From the NCBI GenBank assembly GCA_023245895.1, contig JAHFJJ010000002.1, positions 3,348 to 67,347 on the forward strand: 64,000 nt of DNA, written 5' to 3'. Both the position numbers and the translations under genes were made by a program. Origin of the DNA: Candidatus Doudnabacteria bacterium. GTDB lineage: Bacteria; Patescibacteriota; Doudnabacteria; UBA920. Below the pieces are notes generated by a model. It did not search any database and was not told where the DNA came from. It saw nothing but the letters and a program-made list of their open reading frames with translations. Shown piece after piece: positions 44,372 to 54,133 of the stretch. The first letter of the stretch is position 1; each line of letters opens with the position of its first letter.

Positions 44372-44980
44372 TTACTCGTATCTTTGCAAAGATTTTAATA
44401 ATCTTTTTTTTGCAACCGGGATGCTGCCCAAAGTGGAAATTTTTACAAATGGGTAAAGGTTTTTAAAATAATTAACCACCTGGCTAATGTTGGTTTTGTA
44501 ATAAGCCACGCGGTTTTTTAAGGCTTTGTTATTGTCGTCGGGGCGTTTGGAGAACTTGCCTTTAAAATAAGTTTTTCGGCTGGTCATGCGCCGCATGGTT
44601 TCCGAAAGCGGGATGGATAAATAGGCAAATAAAATTTTGCTTCGCTTTTCCCGGCCTAGCCATTTGGAAACCAGCTTGGCCTCCCCAAGCATTTTAGGGG
44701 TGCCGTTAAAAAGAATCCCCTGCCTGGGCGGGGTTAGGTGAATTTTGTCGCGCAATAAATTCCTTACTAACTCTGTAGGTGTAAGCTTGCCGCTGTCCAG
44801 GGTTTTATCCAGTTTATATTTTTTCCTTAAAGCTTTGTTGTGCTCCAGGGCACGTAGCTCCTGCCCCATATCAAGATTATACAGTTTATATTTGTCAGCC
44901 AAAAATTTTCCATGCGTGGCCTTGCCGGCCGCCGGGTCCCCAAGAAGGATTATATTTAAGGGTTGGTGCTTGTCGGTCAT
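44372..44980 (-). CDS. adenylate-kinase-like NMP kinase (divergent paralog)
   Basis: P-loop GDPAAGKAT, ILFNGTPKM (compare DGFPRT) and a lid with RPDDN and YY. Confidence 0.65.
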   Translation of the reverse strand: MTDKHQPLNIILLGDPAAGKATHGKFLADKYKLYNLDMGQELRALEHNKALRKKYKLDKTLDSGKLTPTELVRNLLRDKIHLTPPRQGILFNGTPKMLGEAKLVSKWLGREKRSKILFAYLSIPLSETMRRMTSRKTYFKGKFSKRPDDNNKALKNRVAYYKTNISQVVNYFKNLYPFVKISTLGSIPVAKKRLLKSLQRYE

Positions 44981-45055
44981 TTAAAAATATCTTAATATCA
45001 ATCAATACCTATAAATATCAAAAGGCATATTGGGATATTTATAGGTATTAGGATA

Positions 45056-45658
45056 TTACATCGGCAATCCTAATGCCTCATTAATCTTTTTAGTAACATC
45101 AGCAACGGGCGGCGTGCCGTTAATTTCAAAAAACATAGTGCTCTTGTTCAAAAATTCCAGTACAGGAACCGTTTCTTCCTGGTACTGCTGGAGGCGGAAT
45201 TCAATTTTTTCCAAAGTATCGTCCGCGCGGTTTTCGAGCTTTGCCCGTTTAGTCAGCCGGTTTATAGATTCCTCTTTGGGCAGGCTGACATACAGGGTGG
45301 TAAAATCCCTGCGGCCCTGCTTTTTTAAAAAATCCAAAATAAATTCAGCCTGGCCAAGGCGGCGCGGGATGCCGTCAAAAATAACCCCTTTGTCTTTTGG
45401 GATTTGGTTAAGGCGTAATTTCACGACCTCGTACAAGTCTTCGTCCGTAAGCAGGACGCCCGATTCAATAAGCCGTTTGACTTTTTTCCCCAAGGGAGTT
45501 TCGGTTGCGGCGACTTCCCTTAGAATCCCGCCCATTTCCCAATAAAAAAATTTCATTTTTTCAGCCAGCAGTTTTGCCTGCGTGCCTTTGCCCGACCCTT
45601 GTGGGCCAATAAAGAAAATAGTATTAAGTTTCACCCGTATATCAATTTTCCATTCCAA
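45056..45658 (-). CDS. adk: adenylate kinase
   Basis: Has IFFIGPQGSGKGTQ, VIFDGIPRRLGQAE and a lid region R..R.DD..E....RL..Y. Confidence 0.88.
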   Translation of the reverse strand: MEWKIDIRVKLNTIFFIGPQGSGKGTQAKLLAEKMKFFYWEMGGILREVAATETPLGKKVKRLIESGVLLTDEDLYEVVKLRLNQIPKDKGVIFDGIPRRLGQAEFILDFLKKQGRRDFTTLYVSLPKEESINRLTKRAKLENRADDTLEKIEFRLQQYQEETVPVLEFLNKSTMFFEINGTPPVADVTKKINEALGLPM

Positions 45659-45757
45659 ACGCCTTAGTAGGGTATTTGGATGGGATTAATAGTAAATTTA
45701 AATTTAGTATCTATCATTTATTTATGGCAAGTTGTATTACGAGGTTCATAGATGATT

Positions 45758-45985
45758 TTATGCCTTTATTCTAGCATATTTTTGGCAAAAAGAAAATGGC
45801 CGCACAATATAGGCGACCATTAAAATGTGTCCGGCCGGGCTGTCAGGGTCAAATGTTGCCGTCTTTGATTCCCAATCAGGGTCGGTATGAAGGTCTACGT
45901 AGCCCAGGAGCGTGCCCAGGCAAATGGTGTCATCTTCTATAAGCCTGACCTCAAGCCGCGTGCCTTGGACTGGCTTTTGTTCCAT
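45758..45985 (-). CDS. hypothetical protein (75 aa)
   Basis: Short ORF with no motif. Confidence 0.3.
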   Translation of the reverse strand: MEQKPVQGTRLEVRLIEDDTICLGTLLGYVDLHTDPDWESKTATFDPDSPAGHILMVAYIVRPFSFCQKYARIKA

Positions 45986-46037
45986 ATCTTCCTCCTACTG
46001 GATAGCATATTAGCATTTTTTTAAAAAATATGCTATA

Positions 46038-47783
46038 GTGAAAAAAATATTTTTAGTAGAAACCAAAATAAATTTGAACCAGATCTTTATAGAATTCGCT
46101 GTAATTTTAATTTTCGCCGGAGCGATGTCTTTTTTGGTGTCCCTGCTTAAACAGCCCAGCATCATTGCCTACATAATTACCGGCCTTATTGTCGGCCCGC
46201 TGGGTTATTACCATTTGCAGAATTCCGAAGTTTTTTCCGCGCTGGCGCAAATTGGCATTACTCTCTTGCTGTTTATGGTAGGCATGCAGTTGGATATTGG
46301 ACAGCTAAAAAAGCTCGGCCGTAATACAGTACTGGCAGGCATTGGCCAGGTGGTTTTTACTACCATGGCCGGTTATGGGATTTTAAGGCTGCTTAACTTT
46401 AGGCAAATTCCCTCTTTGTATTTGGCTTTCGCGCTGACTCTTTCTTCCACTATTATTGTAGTTAAACTTTTGGGCGAGAAGAAAGATTTGCAAAGCCTTT
46501 ACGGCAAGCTGGCTGTGGGAATTTTTTTGACCCAGGACTTGGTGGTCATTCTCTCTTTAATTTGCTTGTCTTCTTTAAGCCACGGCGGCGGTAACTTTTA
46601 TTCCGGTTTGCCTCTCTGGCAAAGCCTGGGCATGGCTTTTGTCCGCGCGCTGATTTTAATTTTGGCGGTCTGGTGGGTAAGCATAAAAATCCTGCCCAAG
46701 ATTGTCCGCGTTATTGGCCACAACGAGGAATTAATGCTTATTTTTTCCCTGGCCTGGGCCCTGGGCCTGGCGACTTTTGTGTCTTTGCCGCTGGTGGGTT
46801 TTTCTTTGGAAATTGGCGGCTTTTTAGCCGGCCTGGCTTTGGCCAGGAGCGGCGTGCATTATGAAATTGGCGGCAAGGTTAAACCCATCCGTGATTTTTT
46901 TGTAATGATATTTTTTATAATTTTAGGCTCGGGATTGGTTTTTAATAATTTATCGGCGCTTACCTGGCCGGCCATTATTCTTTCCTTATTTGTTCTTATT
47001 GGCAACCCGCTCATAGTAATAATTTTGCTGGGGCTTTTAGGCTATAAGCCCAGGACCGGATTTTTAACCGGAGTAACCGTAGCCCAGGTTTCCGAATTCA
47101 GTTTAATTTTGGTTGCCTCGGGCTATGCGCTTGGGCACCTGAAGTCCTCAGACGTTTCTTTGGTAACTTTGGTGGCTATTATTACCATCGCCCTGTCTTC
47201 TTATTTAATTATGTATTCGGCTAGGCTTTATGAATACTTAAAACCGTTTTTGCAGGTTTTTGACTTTAGGAAAGGGTCGGCCGAAAAGCACTTGAATACT
47301 GCCGCGCTTAAGAACCACATTATTTTGGTGGGCGCCCACCGGCTTGGCCACCATTTGGTAGATTCCTTAAAAAAACAAAAGACGCCTTTTGTGATTGTGG
47401 ATTTTGACCCGGAAGTGGCCGAAAAATATTCGGCCGAAAACTTGCTGGCAATTTGCGGCGACATTACCGACGACTTTGTGCAGGAGCAGGTTAACTTGCC
47501 TTTGGCCAAAATGATAATTTCCACCGTACCGGACTTTAACGATAACCTGCATCTTTTGCATACGCTCCATCATCAAACTTCCCGCCTGCGCAGGAAGCCA
47601 AAACTTATTTTTATGGCACAAGATGAAACAGAAACCGAAACCCTATATAAAGGCGGCGTGGATTATGTAATTTCCCCGCACTTTATGGGCGGGATGCATT
47701 TGGCAAAAATTTTGGGCGGCAAAGACTCCAGCTTCGGCTTAAAAAAATTGCGCCAGAGCCATTTGGAAATTTTGAAAGGCTGA
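46038..47783 (+). CDS. Kef-type monovalent cation:proton antiporter (CPA2) with a C-terminal RCK/TrkA-N domain
   Basis: About 12 TM helices, then a Rossmann-type HIILVGAHRLGHHL...VIVDFDPE. GTG start. Confidence 0.8.
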   Translation: MKKIFLVETKINLNQIFIEFAVILIFAGAMSFLVSLLKQPSIIAYIITGLIVGPLGYYHLQNSEVFSALAQIGITLLLFMVGMQLDIGQLKKLGRNTVLAGIGQVVFTTMAGYGILRLLNFRQIPSLYLAFALTLSSTIIVVKLLGEKKDLQSLYGKLAVGIFLTQDLVVILSLICLSSLSHGGGNFYSGLPLWQSLGMAFVRALILILAVWWVSIKILPKIVRVIGHNEELMLIFSLAWALGLATFVSLPLVGFSLEIGGFLAGLALARSGVHYEIGGKVKPIRDFFVMIFFIILGSGLVFNNLSALTWPAIILSLFVLIGNPLIVIILLGLLGYKPRTGFLTGVTVAQVSEFSLILVASGYALGHLKSSDVSLVTLVAIITIALSSYLIMYSARLYEYLKPFLQVFDFRKGSAEKHLNTAALKNHIILVGAHRLGHHLVDSLKKQKTPFVIVDFDPEVAEKYSAENLLAICGDITDDFVQEQVNLPLAKMIISTVPDFNDNLHLLHTLHHQTSRLRRKPKLIFMAQDETETETLYKGGVDYVISPHFMGGMHLAKILGGKDSSFGLKKLRQSHLEILKG

Positions 47784-47793
47784 TTAAATTCAC

Positions 47794-47827
47794 TCATCAC
47801 TTTAGTGCGGCCGCACTAAAGTGATGA
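47794..47827. terminator. perfect 34-bp palindrome tcatcactttagtgcggccgcactaaagtgatga, a bidirectional terminator
   Basis: Perfect inverted repeat located after the kef stop codon. Confidence 0.7.
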
Positions 47828-47910
47828 GAAGGATATTTTGTTTGAAAATAAAATGATAAAAGCCCGCGGTGTTGTTGCGGGCTCTTGGCTTTCTTTGTGG
47901 TATGGCATTG

Positions 47911-48045
47911 TTACGGCTTTGCGGTTTTTGGGCTTGGTCTTGGCCCAAGCAACTTCCATGCCAAGATAAAACCCCACCAAAACAAGACAATGCCGATTGT
48001 TACCGCCACATCCACGGCGTTGTGGGCGATTTGCGGTCCTTTCAT
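47911..48045 (-). CDS. small hydrophobic peptide (44 aa, MKGPQIAHNAVDVAVTIGIVLFWWGFILAWKLLGPRPSPKTAKP)
   Basis: Not in the ORF track because it is under 60 aa. Its ATG directly follows the stop of the upstream small ORF (TAGATG) and GGGGGATAG precedes it. Confidence 0.45.
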   Translation of the reverse strand: MKGPQIAHNAVDVAVTIGIVLFWWGFILAWKLLGPRPSPKTAKP

Positions 48046-48258
48046 CTATCCCCCTTCTTTTTTGAGCAGGTACCAGAAACTTACTCCGCGTTCCCGGGCT
48101 TCTTTTCGCGTTGCGATGCAACTTGCCACCAGGCTTATGAATCCGAGCACTCCTATGCAGGACAGTATCCATTCCGGAGCAATAGACAATACTCGGATTA
48201 TGCCCCAGACAACGAATGTGAGTAACCCGGCGTTTAGCAAGACAATCACGCCCTTCAT
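48046..48258 (-). CDS. small two-TM membrane protein (70 aa from MKGVIVLLNAG)
   Basis: Strong RBS GGAGGTGGATATG. Two hydrophobic helices. Confidence 0.55.
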   Translation of the reverse strand: MKGVIVLLNAGLLTFVVWGIIRVLSIAPEWILSCIGVLGFISLVASCIATRKEARERGVSFWYLLKKEGG

Positions 48259-48313
48259 ATCCACCTCCAGCAGGATTATACCAAAACGCAGGGTTTTTTG
48301 ATATACTACAAAC

Positions 48314-49714
48314 ATGCTGAAACTTTACAATACCCTTACAAAAAAGATTGAGGAGCTTAAACTAATAAAAGATAAAGAAGTGGGCTTGTATACTTGCGGG
48401 CCGACGGTTTATAATTTTGCCCATATTGGCAATTTGCGGACTTATATTTTTGAAGATTTGCTTAAGCGGGTTTTGGAATATAATGGTTTAAAAGTTAATC
48501 ATGCCATGAACATTACGGACGTGGGGCATTTGGTCGGCGACGGCGACGAGGGCGAGGATAAACTGGAAGTCGGCGCTAAGCGCGAAGGCAAAAATCCTTT
48601 GGATATTGCCAAATTTTATGCAGAAAAATTTTTAAGTGACTTGCGCGATCTAAACATCGAGCTTCCCGACCCCAAGATGATTCTTCCCGCGACCCAGGCA
48701 ATACCTGAGCAAATTGAAATTATTAAACAGCTGGAAGCCAAGGGGTTTGCCTATAAAGGTGAAGCCGCGATTTATTTTAACACTTCTAAACTGCCGGACT
48801 ATGGCAAGCTTTCCGGCCAAAAACTTTCGGAAAAAAAATCCGGCGCGCGGGACGAAGTCGTTCAAGACCCGGATAAAAAAACTCCGGCAGATTTTGCCCT
48901 GTGGTTTTTTCTAAAAGGTAAATACGAAAATCATATTCTCCATTGGCCATCTCCCTGGGGCGAAGGCTTCCCAGGCTGGCACATTGAATGCAGCGCCATC
49001 TCCCGAAAGCTGTTAGGCCAGCCCTTTGACATCCACACCGGCGGCGTTGACCACATTGGCACCCATCACACCAACGAAATAGCCCAAAGCGAAGCGGCTT
49101 TTGGCGTCCCTCTTGCCAACGTCTGGATGCACGGAGAATTTTTATTGGTCAATGAAGGCCGCATGGGCAAAAGTGAAGGCAATTTTATTACGCTGGATAC
49201 TTTGAAAAAAGAAAAGTTCTTACCTATTGATTATAGGTATATGTGCCTGCAAGCGCACTATCGCTCGCAGTTAAATTTTACTTGGCAGTCCTTAGGGTCA
49301 GCACATACAGCTTTAAATAGACTATTTGATTTTTTTGATTTTGTTTCTGACGTGGTGCCGGGCCAAATTGATAAAAATTTCGAAAAGGATTTTATTGCAG
49401 CAATTGAGGATGATTTAAATGTACCTAAAGCCTTGGCAATTGCTCATCAGTTACTAAATGAAAACATTATTCCTTTAGAGGTCAAAAAGGCGTCTTTAAT
49501 ACAATTTGATAAAATTTTTGGGTTAAATTTAACTCAACGCACAATAGCAAGCATTCCTCCAGAGGTAGATAAATTGGCAATCGAACGTAAAACTGCAAAA
49601 GACCAAAAAGACTTCGCCAAATCCGACGAGCTAAGAAAGCAAATAGAGGCTTTGGGCTACGAGGTTATGGACACGCCCGAGGGGCAAAAGGTTAAGAAGA
49701 AAATTGGTATTTAG
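48314..49714 (+). CDS. cysS: cysteine--tRNA ligase
   Basis: HIGH-type motif [13 protein letters not shown], the zinc ligands, and RMGKSEGN (KMSKS). Confidence 0.92.
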   Translation: MLKLYNTLTKKIEELKLIKDKEVGLYTCGPTVYNFAHIGNLRTYIFEDLLKRVLEYNGLKVNHAMNITDVGHLVGDGDEGEDKLEVGAKREGKNPLDIAKFYAEKFLSDLRDLNIELPDPKMILPATQAIPEQIEIIKQLEAKGFAYKGEAAIYFNTSKLPDYGKLSGQKLSEKKSGARDEVVQDPDKKTPADFALWFFLKGKYENHILHWPSPWGEGFPGWHIECSAISRKLLGQPFDIHTGGVDHIGTHHTNEIAQSEAAFGVPLANVWMHGEFLLVNEGRMGKSEGNFITLDTLKKEKFLPIDYRYMCLQAHYRSQLNFTWQSLGSAHTALNRLFDFFDFVSDVVPGQIDKNFEKDFIAAIEDDLNVPKALAIAHQLLNENIIPLEVKKASLIQFDKIFGLNLTQRTIASIPPEVDKLAIERKTAKDQKDFAKSDELRKQIEALGYEVMDTPEGQKVKKKIGI

Positions 49715-49718
49715 AAAA

Positions 49719-49757
49719 GCCGCTTTGACTTGTGGTCAAAGCGGCCTCTGGTTTTTT
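49719..49757 (+). terminator. cysS terminator (gccgctttgac-ttgtg-gtcaaagcggc plus T-run)
   Basis: Perfect 11-bp stem followed by ctctggtttttt. Confidence 0.75.
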
Positions 49758-49791
49758 AAAGTAAACCAGGAAACTTACTTACTTATCTCCG

Positions 49792-50211
49792 TTAGTATTT
49801 GCTTTTCAAAAACCAGTGGAAAACTTCTCCCTTAGGAGGGCGAAGAATTTTTACGTGGGTTTTGCTTTCCCGCTCAGATAAAAGCGCAACATGTTGCAGA
49901 AACTCGCGGGCATGCCAGTCGTTGGCCGTATGAAGAACCTCCGAGCCTAGAGCGCGAATGACGCGCGTGCCTAAACAGACAAGCTGGTCTTGGGGTAACT
50001 GTCGTGGAACTTTCTGGAGGTAGGATACGCCTCTATCCTCTACAAACCCATGGATCCATGATGGTCCCGGGGAGAGTACTTCATCAAAGATTGCAAAGGT
50101 CGCAACGCTGATTTCCAAAGTATTCTGGTTGTGTCCCCAGCTCTTTTCGATCCCCCACAGCCAGGGAAATTCACGTAGACACTTATCAAATTGCCTTTTA
50201 CTCATGGACAT
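49792..50211 (-). CDS. hypothetical protein (139 aa)
   Basis: ORF with locally higher GC and no motif. Confidence 0.45.
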   Translation of the reverse strand: MSMSKRQFDKCLREFPWLWGIEKSWGHNQNTLEISVATFAIFDEVLSPGPSWIHGFVEDRGVSYLQKVPRQLPQDQLVCLGTRVIRALGSEVLHTANDWHAREFLQHVALLSERESKTHVKILRPPKGEVFHWFLKSKY

Positions 50212-50366
50212 ACCTGAATCCTCCGATTCTTTGAGGCCATCCGGCCATCTGGTAGTTGTGATGTGCCCTGTCGAATTACAGGACAGACTACTATATCATA
50301 ATTTTTTATTTCCGTCAATTTTCTAGGGGTATATGCCCTAGCTAAAAAAGTCTAATAAAAAAATTT

Positions 50367-50397
50367 AGGCCGCAGGTAAATTCCTGCGGCCTTTTTA
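50367..50397. terminator. bidirectional terminator (aggccgcaggtaaattcctgcggcct flanked by A- and T-runs)
   Basis: 10-bp stem with aaaaaaattt on the 5' side and ttttt on the 3' side. Confidence 0.7.
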
Positions 50398-50411
50398 GGC
50401 TGGCGGCCAAG

Positions 50412-50636
50412 TTAGGCTGCCTTGAGTTCACTTGATTTGTAAACGCCTGTGGTCATATCCGCGTGCCGGACAATCCATAAGTTTTTTTGGCCCATGACCA
50501 GTTCTTTTACAACGCCAATATCATTAGGCCTTCTCTTGTCGACCATGTCTTTGTCCAGCACGAGCCCGGACACGTCTTCAAGTGTGGTAATTGTCCTAAC
50601 AGCCATGTGAGCTTGTATTTTGCCCGAAGCTGCCAT
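50412..50636 (-). CDS. hypothetical protein (74 aa)
   Basis: Short ORF followed by the terminator. Confidence 0.4.
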   Translation of the reverse strand: MAASGKIQAHMAVRTITTLEDVSGLVLDKDMVDKRRPNDIGVVKELVMGQKNLWIVRHADMTTGVYKSSELKAA

Positions 50637-50807
50637 TAAATAGCCCTCCTTAAGCCTAGTTCATTTTAACACTTTTTTACTATAAAACGTTTCTGCAAAA
50701 GCCTATCCCCTGTCTTTCCCCTTAAATTCCCCAAAAGTCCTTGTGTAAGGGCTTTTTTAGGGCTTGGAAGAGATTGCGGAAATGGGTATAATGACATCAC
50801 CTTAATG

Positions 50808-50843
50808 ACCCTCACCCCAACCCTCTCCCAGAGGGAGAGGGAG
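50808..50843. repeat. REP-like element (accctcaccccaaccctctcccagagggagagggag) just upstream of dnaB
   Basis: Same family as 39077, 42300 and 42695. Confidence 0.7.
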
Positions 50844-50853
50844 AAAACACAAC

Positions 50854-52242
50854 ATGGATAATTCAAATATACAACGCGTCCCGCCGCAGAATATGGAAGC
50901 TGAAATGTCGGTTTTGGGATGTATAATGTTAGACAAAGACGCGCTTATAAAAATCGGCGACGTAATTAGCGCTGACGATTTTTACGATGACCGACATAAA
51001 CAAATTTATGAGGCAATTTTGGCTTTGTATGGGGCTAATACATCCATAGATATTTTGACTGTAACTAACTGGCTGGAAGAACATAAGTTACTTGATAGAG
51101 TTGGCGGGTCTTCTTATCTTACTCAGTTAGTTAACGCGGTCCCCTCCTCCGCGCATATTACGCATTACGCCTTCATTGTCCGCAAAAAAGGCACGCTCAG
51201 AAAGTTGATTAACGCGGCTGGGGAAATTACTAATTTGGGTTTTGGCGAGCAGGGCGAGATGGAAGATATTTTAGACCAGGCCGAGCAGAAACTTTACAAT
51301 ATTTCCCAAAAGCATTTAAAGCAGAATTTTATTAGCATCGGTAATATTTTACATGCCACCTTTGAAAGGATAGATGAGCTTCACCGCGAAAAAGGCAAGC
51401 TTAGGGGCCTGGCAACAGGCTATGTGGACTTGGATGGATTATTGGGCGGTTTGCAAAAATCGGATTTGGTGGTTTTGGCCGCGCGGCCTTCCATGGGCAA
51501 AACTTCTTTGGCTTTGGACATAATGCGCCATGTAGCCGTAGATTTAAAAGTTCCGGTTGGAATTTTTTCTTTGGAAATGAGTAAGGACCAATTAGTGGAC
51601 AGATTATTATCTTCTCAAAGCGACGTCAACCTTTGGAAAATTCGCACCGGGCATTTGAACGACGACGATTTTGAAAAAATTGGACAGGCTATGGGCGAGC
51701 TTTCGGAATCGCCGATATTTATAGACGACGCCGCCGGCAGTAATATTATGGAAATTCGCACTAAAGCACGCCGCTTGCAGGCAGAACACGGCGTGGGGTT
51801 AATTGTCGTGGATTATTTGCAGTTAATGGAAGGCCGCAACCAAGAAAACCGCGTACAGGAAGTTAGCGAAATATCCCGTGCCTTAAAACTGTTGGCCCGT
51901 GAATTAAACGTCCCAGTGCTCGCTCTTTCACAGCTCTCCCGCGGCGTGGAAAGCCGCCCGGATAAAGTTCCCCAGCTGGCCGACCTTCGTGAATCCGGTT
52001 CCATTGAGCAGGACGCGGACGTAGTTATGTTTATTTACAGGGAAGAAATGTACAAAGGCAAAGATTCCAAGCGCCCGCACATTGCCGAAATCCACATTAA
52101 GAAACACCGCAACGGCCCCACCGGCCAGATTGATTTGTTCTTTGACGCGGACAAAACTAGTTTTAAGAATTTGGATAAGACTTTTGATGTATCGCCCCAG
52201 ACGGTAATGGACAGCATGGGCGCGGGGGAAGAGCCTGTATAA
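50854..52242 (+). CDS. dnaB: replicative DNA helicase
   Basis: N-terminal DnaB domain. RecA-like core with Walker A ARPSMGKTS, Walker B IVVDYLQL and the arginine finger region. Confidence 0.92.
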   Translation: MDNSNIQRVPPQNMEAEMSVLGCIMLDKDALIKIGDVISADDFYDDRHKQIYEAILALYGANTSIDILTVTNWLEEHKLLDRVGGSSYLTQLVNAVPSSAHITHYAFIVRKKGTLRKLINAAGEITNLGFGEQGEMEDILDQAEQKLYNISQKHLKQNFISIGNILHATFERIDELHREKGKLRGLATGYVDLDGLLGGLQKSDLVVLAARPSMGKTSLALDIMRHVAVDLKVPVGIFSLEMSKDQLVDRLLSSQSDVNLWKIRTGHLNDDDFEKIGQAMGELSESPIFIDDAAGSNIMEIRTKARRLQAEHGVGLIVVDYLQLMEGRNQENRVQEVSEISRALKLLARELNVPVLALSQLSRGVESRPDKVPQLADLRESGSIEQDADVVMFIYREEMYKGKDSKRPHIAEIHIKKHRNGPTGQIDLFFDADKTSFKNLDKTFDVSPQTVMDSMGAGEEPV

Positions 52243-52340
52243 AAAGAACCAAGACACAAGAAACCAAGAACCAACAAATTCCAAGTTTAAAATTTTAAAT
52301 TTAAAAATTGATTCTTTTTTGGTTCTTGCAATCTTGATTC

Positions 52341-52967
52341 TTGGATCTTAACAATATGACTAAACTCCCAACATCTTTACAACGTTTAATAAATGAACTA
52401 AGTAAGCTCCCCGGCATCGGCCCCAAGTCCGCGCAGAGGCTGGCTTTTTATTTGCTGAAGCAGGATAATATTGATATTGGCAACTTATCGCAATCTATCG
52501 CGCAAATAAAACAAGGGATTGTTTTTTGTTCCACTTGCCACAACATGGGAGAGTCGGACCCATGTATTACCTGCTTAGACCCACGGCGCGACCAATCCAT
52601 CATCTGTGTTGTGGAAGAGCCGCTGGACGCGCAGGCTTTGGACAAGAGCGGCCAGTTTAACGGCGTGTTCCATATTTTAGGCGGCGTGTTAAACCCGCTG
52701 GAGGGAATTGGCCCGGAGAATTTGCAGATAGATTCCTTGGTGGAAAGAATTAGGAATTATGAATTAGGAATTAGGGAAATCATCATTGCGACAAATCCCT
52801 CCCTTGAGGGCGAAACAACATCTATGCACCTGCAAAAAGTCATTAAGCAAAGCCATCCCCAAATAAAAATTACCCGCATTGCCCGCGGCCTGCCCATGGG
52901 CGGCGACTTGGAGTACGCGGATGATATAACTTTAATGCGCGCGCTGGAAGGTAGGAGGGAGTATTAG
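52341..52967 (+). CDS. recR: recombination protein RecR
   Basis: HhH motif (LPGIGPKSAQRLAFYLL), zinc finger C-x2-C...C-x2-C and a Toprim domain. Confidence 0.9.
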   Translation: MDLNNMTKLPTSLQRLINELSKLPGIGPKSAQRLAFYLLKQDNIDIGNLSQSIAQIKQGIVFCSTCHNMGESDPCITCLDPRRDQSIICVVEEPLDAQALDKSGQFNGVFHILGGVLNPLEGIGPENLQIDSLVERIRNYELGIREIIIATNPSLEGETTSMHLQKVIKQSHPQIKITRIARGLPMGGDLEYADDITLMRALEGRREY

Positions 52968-53004
52968 ATAGCAGATAAGCAGGTGCGTAACAGATAACAC
53001 AGAT

Positions 53005-53030
53005 AAAAAACCACCCTTGCGGGTGGTTTT
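53005..53030. terminator. convergent terminator (aaaaaaccacccttgcgggtggtttt)
   Basis: Stem ccaccc/gggtgg with an A-run and a T-run; lies between recR (+) and the 53029..53706 ORF (-). Confidence 0.75.
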
Positions 53031-53706
53031 ACTTTCCGTATATCTCTAAAAATTTTTCTTTTGGTAGCTTTGCTTCGTCTGTCGGCTCTCCTGCGGCATC
53101 CATTGTTACAGAAAATCCTAGTTCGCTTATTTGCCGGTGGTTGTGTTTTACCAAATCTGAGTAGCCAACAATTTCGGTAATCTCTTCATATTTTTCTTGG
53201 GTTTTTATTTTTTCGGCCAAAACGCGGAGCCCTTCTGTAATTGACTCAATAGCTTCGGAGGAGTTACTGAAAAAGACCAAAGGAACGTGGAGTATGATTT
53301 TATTATTTTCCACCTCACAAGAGAGTCCACGGCTTAAGTTTTCTTGATGAGTTTCTGTCGGCCTGTTTTTAAGCCGTTTTTCCAATTCGTCCAAAGACAA
53401 ATTTTCTGCTAACACCAAGACCAGCTCCTCGGTTACTTGTTTTAGAAAATTCTTATCATTTTCGTCTAAAGCTTCTATTTTATTGCAAAAAGCTTTTACT
53501 TGTTCCGGTGCTTCAGGCATAAGCCCGCCTATAATGCGGCCAAGTTCTTCAACTATATGCTTTTTTGCATTCCCGGCCTTTTCACCTTTAGACTGCATTT
53601 TACTTATGAGCTCAAGAAAAATATTGTCCGCGCGGCGGTGGATTTGGTATGCTTTATTTTCCGTGGAGTCGGCAGGCGACTCCCTGTCAAATCTAAATCT
53701 ACGCAT
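53029..53706 (-). CDS. hypothetical protein (225 aa)
   Basis: ORF downstream of rplU on the same strand. It is not L27. Confidence 0.5.
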   Translation of the reverse strand: MRRFRFDRESPADSTENKAYQIHRRADNIFLELISKMQSKGEKAGNAKKHIVEELGRIIGGLMPEAPEQVKAFCNKIEALDENDKNFLKQVTEELVLVLAENLSLDELEKRLKNRPTETHQENLSRGLSCEVENNKIILHVPLVFFSNSSEAIESITEGLRVLAEKIKTQEKYEEITEIVGYSDLVKHNHRQISELGFSVTMDAAGEPTDEAKLPKEKFLEIYGK

Positions 53707-53753
53707 GCTTAAATTATATCAAAAACCCCTCCTTAATTAAAGGAGGGATTTGT

Positions 53754-54059
53754 TTATACTTTTGTAATTTCCACTTCAGTATATGCCTGTCTGTGGCCGA
53801 TTTTCCTGCGGTATTTGCTCTTGGGTTTGTACTTTAAGACGTGGATTTTTTCTCCCCTGCCTTGCTTTAGGACTTTTCCCTGGACTGAAGCGCCGGAAAC
53901 GTAGGGTTTGCCCACGGTGGCATCAGAGCCTGTGGAAGTAAAGAGGACTTTGTCAAAAGTTACGCTTTTGCCGGCTTCGGCATCTAGTTTTTCTACCTGG
54001 ATTTTATCTCCCTTGGAAACTAGGTACTGTTTTCCGCCGGATTCAAAGATAGCTATCAT
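53754..54059 (-). CDS. rplU: 50S ribosomal protein L21
   Basis: Has [15 protein letters not shown]...VEKL and VLKYKPK.KYRRK.GHRQ. Confidence 0.9.
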   Translation of the reverse strand: MIAIFESGGKQYLVSKGDKIQVEKLDAEAGKSVTFDKVLFTSTGSDATVGKPYVSGASVQGKVLKQGRGEKIHVLKYKPKSKYRRKIGHRQAYTEVEITKV

Positions 54060-54133
54060 AAGTATAAAGTATTATGTATTAAGTATAATGTATAAAACAA
54101 CTCTGATAATTCTACCAAACTTAAGGCTTTTCG

